This document shows positions 21,601-31,825 of a DNA stretch of 64,000 nucleotides, in pieces (positions within the stretch are counted from its first letter, which is position 1; each line of letters begins with the position of its first letter). The notes beneath the pieces are model-generated. The model searched no databases. It was given only the letters and a program-made list of their open reading frames with translations, and was not told the origin of the DNA. This DNA is from Macrostomum hystrix (lineage: Eukaryota > Animalia > Platyhelminthes), in assembly GCA_950097015.1 (NCBI GenBank), contig CATNEN010000029.1, forward strand, positions 62,001-126,000. Reading direction: 5' to 3'. The position numbers were made by a program, and so were the translations under genes.

Positions 21601-22279
21601 TTTCCAGTAGCTATCGGGAATTCCCGAAAACTTGAAGCGTCCTTGAGGTTTTAAGGATTACCCAAAAAGTTCGGTGCGTCCTTTGGAATTCGGCTTCAAG
21701 GACCAAGATTTCCATGAAAATTCAATGCGTTCAATTGCTTTTAATGAATAGGGATTTCTAGGAAAGTTTAGCATGTCTGTGTTTCTCGATAGCGGTTTTC
21801 TTTAATTTTAGTATCTCCTATGTCTTCTAGTGTCTGATCTTATCTTTAGAACGATCGGAGTTATCCAGAAATTTTGCAACGCAGTTAGTTAATTAAGTAG
21901 GTAAGGACATATACACAGCCGCTTTCAAGCTCAGAGTCGCAATCAATAACAGTACAGTCAGTCTCACCTCGGACATAGCAGCTTCGCGAAGACCGCCGGT
22001 GAACATGGCGCGAAAGTAGGGCGACGCCGAGGCCAGCACAATCTTGTGGCAGGGCAGGCGTTCTCCCTCCACTAGCAGTGCAACATCGCTCAGCTGGCCA
22101 GACTCGTACAGTGCGTGCATTGCCGCGAAAGTCTCAGCCAGGTGTTCCTTGTGCTGCTGGAAGATGGCGCCGCCACCACCACCGTGATTGGCTGCGGCTG
22201 CAGCAGCAGTATTGGCTGCTGTTAAATTAGGCACAGTAGAACCGCCAGCGATGGACTGTGGATAGTCCTCGCCATCCAT
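18638..22279 (-). CDS. KEAP1: Kelch-like ECH-associated protein 1 ortholog, complement(join(18638..19157,19614..20207,20600..21012,21968..22279)), 612 aa, BTB-BACK-6xKelch
   Basis: BTB CHKIVLASASPYFRAMFTGGLRE. IVR VRCHAL...NC. KEAP1-specific Kelch strings AGGYYRYSL, PRSGL..GGRNN..GNSD, SRNRVAVGVID and RIGLGVAVVDRLLYAVGGFDG..RL. All introns are GT-AG with consistent phases (0, 2, 2). Confidence 0.93.
19217..19518. repeat. Minisatellite, 20-bp unit GGGATACTCGTTG(G/T)G(G/A)ATCT, in KEAP1 intron 3
   Basis: Direct periodicity, about 15 copies. Confidence 0.93.
21085..21655. repeat. Tandem repeat, about 49-50-bp unit (TCCAGTAGCTATCGGGAATTCCC..GAA..TCGAAGCGTCC), in KEAP1 intron 1; several units contain perfect HSEs
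   Basis: Direct periodicity; TTCnnGAAnnTTC at 21225, 21274, 21373 and 21472. Confidence 0.9.
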
Positions 22280-24316
22280 TTTTGGCTATTTTTAGATTTT
22301 AGTCTTCAAAAATGGAAGCTTGCTATGAAGCAAATAAGACTTTCTAAAAATTGGTTTAATAAAAATTGATCAGCAAACAATGGCAATTGTCTAATTATTA
22401 TGCAGTCTGAAACTGCCAATAAGTCAGTTCAATACTGTAGTTATAAATACCCTCAATTTATTTGAGCACTACACACAATGCCAAGCTAAAATCCAGACAC
22501 AAGTAAAGCTTTTGGTAGACAATGAAATATAAATAATTTTCCAGGAAACAAAATAGAAAAATCTAAAAAATATAAGTTTATGCAATAATAATTATAATAT
22601 TATTATTTTTATTATCATTATATAATTAGCCTTAAATAACTAAAATTTTGCTATACACAAAATACTAGAAAGACATTACTTAAGAAGAAATGCAAAAAAA
22701 TTAATTTATTTAGTAATACATATTTATTACAAATAAATAACACTTATTAAATAAAACATTTTAAAATTATATATAATTAATTTTTTTACATAGTAGAATA
22801 CACAAATTATCAAACTAATGTTTTTAGTTTAGTCAAATATAAGTACAATATTTATCCATTGTAAGTATGTATCCTGCCTAATATTAAAGGATAAAAAACA
22901 AAGGGCTACTGTGGAGGCTATATATATTGTTGGATAGTTAGATTGGATAGATAAGATGGATAACTATGAATAAAAATGTATACACTTCTTTTTTAATCAA
23001 GAAAGTAATTTTTTAATTGGCTCAACTAACTAATATTTAGGACTTTAGTTGTTTTTTCTCATTCTTATATAGCTACTATCGAGTATTGTTAAAGACAAAA
23101 TGCACCAGAAATTATACCTAGCCTATCCTATATCCTTTATATAGTCAAGTGGCATATGCCATATAGCTGCCACTATTTTGCATTGCTTAAAAAACAATTG
23201 TCTGTTTAGTCTATGGACAGAAGAGGCTACTGTACCCCCTAATTACTTGTAGTTACCAGTTTATTTGCTTAACTTAAGTAATGGGAGATTAAGAGTCCTC
23301 CTGAACAACATAAATTATCTCCTTTGGATAAAATTAGGGCCTATAACTACCAACAAAGATCATAAGTTGCTCACACAATATAGCTAAATTAGAAGTTTAA
23401 CTGACTATAAAATGCTATACTTTTTTAGCTCATAGTCATATTTTGCTATAAGTAAGTAAGTAAGTAAGTAACTAAGTAATAAAAATCCTGACTGTCAATT
23501 CTATCAGGTCAATTCTGTCAATAGTTGATCAATAATAGACTTTGTATATTAGACTTGCTAATAAGTAAAAATAGGCCTACTAGTCTACACAACCGTCACA
23601 ACACAACACACGTGATGGACATGGCCCCATTGCCTAAAAATCTAAATTTGGTCAAATACTATCTCTTTTCACAGCTACATTTCTAATTGAGTATGGAAAT
23701 GTCAGTTCTTTACTAAAAACTTTAGAGCTGAAAAATGAAAACTGAATACTCAATAAAGTAAAGGTAGATGGGGGAAGTAGCATAAGTCCAACTTGAGAAA
23801 CTAAAAACTAAATAATATGCATTATATTAGAGCTTACTGGTCTTGGGTTAGGTTAGAACCATGAAGTCAACTCTAAATTAAAAGAAATTATATTTAAACT
23901 ACCGCCCTTTTTTCGGATTTCAGTTACGCTCGTCAAACAATAATTTGATTATTAGAAAGTTGAGGTGTATATATTTTTATATAGCATAGGAACTAAACAA
24001 TGAATAACATAAAGAAGAGACGCAAGAATAACTTGAGATTTTCTTCCTTTTGTTGCTTTAATTAATATGGATTTCTATTTAGATAGCGCATCAAACGTAT
24101 AGCAACTAGCGGTCAAATGTAGATCTTAGGAAAATTAACAAATGTATATCATCGGAGAAGCTAGGACAACTAGTGGTCTACTTTAGTAGTCCTTGTGAAG
24201 AAGTAGGGAATAAAGCAGTCTTCTGACTTTAAAAAACCGAAGAGTTAAGTCAATTCTTTTTCATTCTGGGACCAAAACAGCTCCAATTAAATATGTACGG
24301 TCCCACTCAGTCTTGC

Positions 24317-24963
24317 TTAGTTTCCACGATCTCGAGCTCTTCGCACGGCAACGACAGCTTCCTCGCCCATTGAAGCCATGACTGTGACTATTACGGCGCA
24401 ATCATCACCACTACTGGTGTACAGTCGAGTAGCCTCTAGCAGTTGCGACGCCTTGTCCTGAGACAGACGAACGCTGGTTGTGGAACCCGACTTCTCCTCG
24501 ACTAGAAGCTCCACTGCCGGCTCCGGGACTCGGTTCATGCCGTCATCGCTGTACTCAACAATGCGCACAAGTCGGCATTCTCGTTTCTCGACAAGCGGCA
24601 CTTGCACCACGTCGCTGCTGGTGTGCGCTGTCACACGCTTCTTTCCGGTGAAGGCGTCAATAGCTGTGAGATGAATCTTGCAGCTGCCGTGCTTGCCTAA
24701 AAGTAATTTGTTCAGACAGTCTTACAGCTTCCAATAGATACTGCTTCATCGCGACCAAGACAAATTTATAAATGTCTGCACTCACCAGTTTTGGAGTTGC
24801 TCATCTCAACAATCTTGCACGGCCTGCCGCCGATGAGCACATAGCCCTTCACGCGCAGCTCCGAGCAGCGCACGTTTTCATATTGAAGTCCATCAGCTGA
24901 GTCGGCGCTCGTTGTCGGCTTCATTTCAGAATGCACAGTCTTTGAACGCCGACTAGATGCCAT
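24317..24963 (-). CDS. EIF5A: Divergent eukaryotic translation factor 5A paralog, complement(join(24317..24696,24786..24963)), 185 aa (172 aa if it starts at Met 24924)
   Basis: RCSELRVKGYVLIGGRPCKIVEMSNSKTG|KHGSCKIHLTAIDAFTGKK...VTVMASMGEEAVVAVR. An 89-bp phase-1 GT-AG intron (24697-24785) splits the Gly before the hypusine Lys. Confidence 0.9.
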
Positions 24964-25680
24964 TGGCTGATTCCGCGCATGAAAATGTTGGTAAAGGGAT
25001 GAAAGAAAAGCCCAGGAGGAAATGGGTTGATTAAAAGCAGTATATAGGAAAACCCGCGAATATATATAACATTACTTGGCCTGTGTGTTGCGCTTACATG
25101 TTGCAATTTTTAACATAAAAATAAATAAGGTAGAGCGTTTACTGTCTTATCTACTTTAATTAGAATTTATAGTGTTTTATATTCCAAACAAACGCTGTAA
25201 TGTACGCCCGTACTTAAGCGCTTGAAATATACTGCTGCATCTCTGCATGCGTAGCTTTTGTCTGAATCTATTTTTAGAAACAATTCTTGGGAGATTTCTG
25301 TCATTATGTTATATTTCACCATAGCCTGAAATGCATTCACTAAGGTATGCCATCCATTAGGCCTTCAAATGTCTTGAATACATGTCCATTAATCACTAAG
25401 TACGCATAGTGCTTTACAGACTGCAACATCAAATTCTACTCTAATATCATAGAATGCGACCCGGGTTCTAACTGATAAATATTGAATTGTGCAGCTTGTT
25501 AAGAAATCATGAATACACAGTTTAGACAGATCCTATATGGGTTGGTTAGTTCGGAATCAATGTCGGCGCTCTTCTACAGTATACGAGATAGAATTATAGA
25601 GTAGCCTAGCCTAGAGAGAAAGTAACCAAGTTAAACAGAATTTTTAACTGTCAGAAAACTTACACTTTTTACATAGAATC

Positions 25681-27088
25681 TCTGTTAGACAGAACTATCT
25701 CCTGTTAGACAGAACTATCTCCTGTTAGACAGAACTATCTCCTGTTAAACAGAACTGTCTCCTGTTAGACAGAACTATCTCCTGTTAGACAGAACTATAT
25801 TCTGTTAGACAGAACTATCTCCTGTTAGACAGAACTATCTCCTGTTAGACAGAACTGTCTCCTGTTAGACAGAACTATCTCCTGTTAGACAGAACTATCT
25901 CCTGTTAGACAGAACTGTCTCCTGTTAGACAGAACTATATTCTGTTAGACAGAACTATATTCTGTTAGACAGAACTATATTCTGTTAGACAGAACTATCT
26001 CCTGTTAGACAGAACTATCTCCTGTTAGACAGAACTGTCTCCTGTTAGACAGAACTATATTCTGTTAGACAGAACTATATTCTGTTAGACAGAACTATAT
26101 TCTGTTAGACAGAACTATCTCCTGTTAGACAGAACTATCTCCTGTTAGACAGAACTATCTCCTGTTAGACAGAACTATCTCCTGTTAGACAGAACTATCT
26201 CCTGTTAGACAGAACTATCTCCTGTTAGACAGAACTATCTCCTATTAGACAGAACTATATTCTGTTAGACAGAACTATCTCCTGTTAGACAGAACTGTCT
26301 CCTGTTAGACAGAACTATATTCTGTTAGACAGAACTATATTCTGTTAGACAGAACTATCTCCTGTTAGACAGAACTATCTCCTGTTAGACAGAACTATCT
26401 CCTGTTAGACAGAACTATCTCCTGTTAGACAGAACTATCTCCTATTAGACAGAACTATATTCTGTTAGACAGAACTATATTCTGTTAGACAGAACTATCT
26501 CCTGTTAGACAGAACTATATTCTGTTAGACAGAACTATCTCCTGTTAGACAGAACTATCTCCTGTTAGACAGAACTGTCTCCTGTTAGACAGAACTATAT
26601 TCTGTTAGACAGAACTATATTCTGTTAGACAGAACTATCTCCTGTTAGACAGAACTATCTCCTGTTAGACAGAACTATATTCTGTTAGACAGAACTATCT
26701 CCTGTTAGACAGAACTATCTCCTGTTAGACAGAACTATATTCTGTTAGACAGAACTATCTCCTGTTAGACAGAACTATCTCCTGTTAGACAGAACTATCT
26801 CCTGTTAGACAGAACTATCTCCTGTTAGACAGAACTATCTCCTGTTAGACAGAACTATATTCTGTTAGACAGAACTATATTCTGTTAGACAGAACTATAT
26901 TCTGTTAGACAGAACTATCTCCTGTTAGACAGAACTATATTCTGTTAGACAGAACTATCTCCTGTTAGACAGAACTATCTCCTGTTAGACAGAACTATCT
27001 CCTGTTAGACAGAACTATCTCCTGTTAGACAGAACTATCTCCTGTTAGACAGAACTATATTCTGTTAGACAGAACTATCTCCTGTTAG
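25681..27088. repeat. Minisatellite, 20-bp unit CTGTTAGACAGAACT(A/G)T(CTC/ATT), about 70 copies
   Basis: Exact 20-bp periodicity. Confidence 0.96.
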
Positions 27089-27574
27089 TCTCCGTTTCGC
27101 GGCATACATGGTAGTAAGTAGTAACTGGTACTATGTTTTGTTCAGTCAGTGTTCATTTACAGGTAAGAATAAAGATAACAACAATTGAGCATGGATTTAA
27201 TTTCTCAAAAATATAAAATAACGATATAGTTATAACTATAGTTGATATATTTGTGGCTGCTACTAGGGTTTTCTTTTTTCGTTCTCCATTTTCGCTTCGC
27301 TCTCACGATCTTACTAAACAGAATCTACACAGCAGTCTAGGGAATGATCCTTTTCCAATTCAAAGCGTGAGAACAAAAATCTCGTTGTGTGGCTTACTCT
27401 GCTCAACTAATTATTAAGTACAAAATATAGCGTGTTAAATACGGCATTTTTGGCCAGTTTGGCAAAAATATCTGTTTTCTATTTTGTCTGCCAAAATTTT
27501 GGAAACACGGCTTTCTTGTTTTACAGCTGCAAAAGTACTCATAAAAACTACATATGCACTAGTAGTATCTCTCC

Positions 27575-27805
27575 CATACCTAGTCTCCCCAGTGTCTCAT
27601 CTCACCCATGTCTTATCTCTCTTCTATCTCATCTCTCCCCTTGTCTCATCTCACCCTTGTCTCATCTCTCCTTTGTCTCATCTCTCCCCTACCTCATCTC
27701 TCCTATGTCTCCTGACTCCCCTATCTTCCCTATCTCGTCTCTCCCCTATCTCATCTCTCCTATGTCTCATGTCTCATGTCTCATGTCTCCCCTATCTCAT
27801 CCCTC
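27575..27805. repeat. Degenerate TGTCTCATCTCTCC tract, inverted relative to the 28555-29685 array
   Basis: TGTCTCATCTCTCC is the reverse complement of GGAGAGATGAGACA. Confidence 0.7.
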
Positions 27806-28051
27806 CTCCCGGTTGAATCTCGCTACCAAATTTTGGGTTCTCTCTTTGGCTCACAATTAGAACCCAATCAGAAAAAAATGATGCTCGACTACAGAAAGAG
27901 AACAGAGAAGGCCAAGAAAATAGAAAAGGAGATAAATTGTCGATTGGAGCCATCAAGCAGATTGATTTACCTACCTATTGAGCGAAAAAATCTGGAAGTC
28001 AGAGCTTACATTTTTTCCTTAGAACTTTATAATCAATGAGTAAAGTAGAAG

Positions 28052-28052
<1 letters not shown>

Positions 28053-28107
<55 letters not shown>
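28053..28107. repeat. (AGAC)n microsatellite
   Basis: About 13 perfect units. Confidence 0.95.
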
Positions 28108-28554
28108 TGCAACCCAATGCCCATACTGTCATTGTCTGTCATCTCAGCTGCGCTGAATTATTAACCCAACTGAACATTGTAATTTAGAGCACAGATGATG
28201 GTCTGAGCTATCCTGAGAGTCACGATACACTGATAAGGATTTCAGCTTCGATTATACTCGAAACAATTGCATGTAGCAAATTAGTGACAATTCCTTCTTA
28301 CATTCCTGCAATGCGATGTATATATTACCTGCCTTGTAATTCAGAATAGCCTATTCTGCCTCATTTTCTGAATAATAATTATAAACAATATAATAATATA
28401 TGCCAAACTAAAAACACGCGAACAAAAGAATGCTACATGATTTTAGAATCTGTGGGAAGTAGCCAGGCAACAGTTTCTAATGAAAGCAGTGTCATGCAAC
28501 AAAAACATGTAATCAGCTTACAAATTAGTGCTATGAAGAAGATGCAAGACGGGA

Positions 28555-29685
28555 TGGAGACACGGGAGAAATGAGATATTAGAGAGATGAGACAAAGAAG
28601 AGATGGGGTAGTGGAGAGATGAGACACGGGAGAGATGAGATATTAGAGAGATGAGACACAGGAAAGATGAGACGATGAGACACAGGAGAGATGAGACACA
28701 GGAAAGATGAGACGATGAGACACAGGAGAGATGAGACACAGGAGAGATGAGACACAGGAGAGATGAGACACAGGAGAGATGAGACACAGGAGAGATGAGA
28801 CACAGGAGAGATGAGACACAGGAGAGATGAGACACAGGAGAGATGAGACACAGGAGAGATGAGACACAGGGGAGATGAGACACAGGAGAGATGAGACACA
28901 GGAGAGATGAGACACAGGAGAGATGAGACACAGGAGAGATGAGACACAGGAGAGATGAGACACAGGGGAGATGAGACACAGGGGAGATGAGACACAGGAG
29001 AGATGAGACACAGGGGAGATGAGACACAGGAGAGAAGAGACACAGGGGAGATGAGACACAGGAGAGATGAGACACAGGGGAGATGAGACACAGGAGAGAT
29101 GAGACACAGGAGAGATGAGACACAGGAGAGATGAGACACAGGGGAGATGAGACACAGGAGAGATGAGACACAGGAAAGATGAGACGATGAGACACAGGAG
29201 AGATGAGACACAGGAAAGATGAGACGATGAGACACAGGAGAGATGAGACACAGGAAAGATGAGACGATGAGACACAGGAGAGATGAGACACAGGAAAGAT
29301 GAGACGATGAGACACAGGAGAGATGAGACACAGGAGAGATGAGACGATGAGACACAGGAAAGATGAGACGATGAGACACAGGAGAGATGAGACACAGGAA
29401 AGATGAGATATTGGAGAGACAAGATAGTGGGGAGATAGATACTGGAGGAATAGGACACGGGAGAGATAATATAGTGAAGAGATGAGATATTGGAAAGATA
29501 AGACACGGGAGAAATGAGACATGGGTGAGATGAGATACAGGTGAGATAAGACGCGCGAGAGATGAGAGACGGGTGAGATGAGACACGGGAGAGATGAGAT
29601 ATTGGAGAGATGAGACACGGGAGAGATGATATAGTGGAGAGATGAGATAGTAGAGATGTGAGATATTGGAGAGATGAGACACGGG
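28555..29685. repeat. Minisatellite, 16-bp unit GAGATGAGACACAGGA with degenerate flanks
   Basis: Direct periodicity; explains the 287-410 aa Cys/Leu/Ser repeat ORFs. Confidence 0.95.
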
Positions 29686-30274
29686 AAATTCCAAAATGTT
29701 AGTGTCTTTTTAGCCGATCGGAACTGTTTCGTTTTTCTAACCCGTCTCAAACTTGTAGGCGTATTGCTTGTACCACTTGCACAAAATTGGTTTATAATGC
29801 ATCAGAGGTGCGCTACAGTCACAGCGACAGAGAATCATTCGGGCTGCAGGATTGTGTTTGATTTACCGGCTAGATAAGCCAGGCTGAAGTGCCAGGGTCG
29901 GTGCTTTTGTCTAGCCGTAAGTTAACAATATATGAATATAATTTTGCCACGCAGCCTTGGGGGAAGCAGGTGGACTGGTTTTTGTTTGCTCACGTGCGTG
30001 TCAAAACTAGGAAATCAAAAAAATGTATCAACAATGTTTTACACTATTGCGAATGTGGCATACGGTTTTGGCAGTTTATTGCTTGTTAACAAAAAATTCT
30101 TCCATATTTGGTCTAAGTCGGTCTAAGTCTTAAATCTGACTGTAAAATACAACTTTTGAGCAAATAATTGCAAGCTGAACAAGACTCTCCAACTCGGTGA
30201 ATCGTTAGAAAATTTAGAATCGTTAATTAAAAAATCCTGACAATACTTGAAAAATAAATTAACTGGTAGAATCT

Positions 30275-30935
30275 TAGACTCGAAGAATAGATTAACTTTT
30301 AAGAATCGGTAACTTTTGAGAATCGTTAACTTTTGAGAATCGGTAACTTTTGAGAATCGTTAACTTTTAAGAATCGTTAACTTTAAAGAACCGTTAACTT
30401 TTGAAAATCGTTAACTTTTAAGAATCATTAAACTTGAAGAGTCTCATTAATTTTTGAGAATCGTTAACTTTTGAGAATCTTTTACTTTTCGGAATCTTTA
30501 ACTTTTAAGAATCGTTAACTTTTGAAAATCGTTAACTTTTGAGAATCGTCAAACATTGAGAAACGTTATACTTTGAGAATTGTTAACTTCTGAGAATCGT
30601 TTAACTTTAAGAATCGTTAACTTTAAAAAATCGTTAACTTTTAAGAATCGTTAACTTTTGAGAATCGTTAACTTTTGAGAATCGTTAACTTTTGAGAATC
30701 GTTAACTTTTAAGAATCGTTAACTTTAAAGAACCGTTAACTTTTGAAAATCGTTAACTTTTAAGAATAATTAAACTTGAAGAGTCTCATTAATTTTTAAG
30801 AATCGTTAAACTTTGAAAATCGTTTACTTTTGAAAATCGTTAACTTTTGAGAATCATTAAACTTTAAAAAATCGTTAACTTTTAAGAATCGTTAGCTTAT
30901 GAGAATTTTTACCCTGAACAATCGTTAACTTAAAA
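30275..30935. repeat. Minisatellite, about 17-bp unit TTTT(G/A)AGAATCGTTAAC
   Basis: Direct periodicity with a GTTAAC palindrome core. Confidence 0.9.
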
Positions 30936-31825
30936 AATCGTAATATTGATCTCGTGTTATGATTATCTTGCGGAGTTATTGCTGTTCCAGATCTCCAGTC
31001 GGAACAGGTATATCACATGTGTCCGGCAAGTAACCAGACCCATTGTTGCTATGGCTGAGGGCCGCAGAAGTGAATGTAACAAAAGCAACTGCCAATATAG
31101 GAATGCAATTTGCATTCAACAATCAGCCCCTATTCAACCATGTCACACGCGCGCGCGCACAACAGACCGTCTTTTTTAGGGATCGATTTCACAAAGTTTG
31201 CCTGCCTCTTCATTTGCTCTCACTGAGCGCCAGTGCACGCTCTCTCTCTCAATGTTTTCACAGCCAATAAATTATTCATTAGCCTGCGCTATTCCATACA
31301 CGACTGGGCATTGTTGGAAGAAAAAGGCATTGTGAAACAGACTAAGAAGGTAACTGAAATAATAGAATAGAAGTTAGTGGAGAGAGATACAGTATGAGCA
31401 GCTACAGTTGCTGCGCAGTGAACAAGTTTTTTGGGGATTCGTTGATTTTTTTTAAAGCTAGCATTTAACCGCCTCCGTGGCAGTAGCTAAAAAGAAGAAC
31501 TCGTTGCCTATTTCTATGGTGAATACCCTCAGGATAAGGAGAGAGAGAGTAGTATTGTGCCGTGTTATCGAGACTTGGCATGCATTTGTTTCATTGGTCC
31601 CTCCAGCTGATTGGACCAAATCGGAGCAGTCTGTCCGGCAGTTAGTTGACAGGGTTAAAATGGGAAACTCATGCCTGCAGTACAGCTCACCCCTCAGTCA
31701 CTGTCTTCTCACTGTCTCTCCGCATGCATGCATTGGCGAGCTTGTGACTGCAAATTCTCTGATTTATTCTCTTATAGCAACTTAATCGATACGATCTTTG
31801 GTTCAGCTCCGGCAATGACGACAGG

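Noticed and set aside
25681-27088. Regular arrays that superficially resemble CRISPR (also 55865-57530 and others)
   Set aside because: No unique spacers, no cas genes, and the context is eukaryotic; these are plain tandem repeats.
28518-29750. 287-410 aa Cys/Leu/Ser-rich ORFs
   Set aside because: Products of the 16-bp minisatellite read in several frames.
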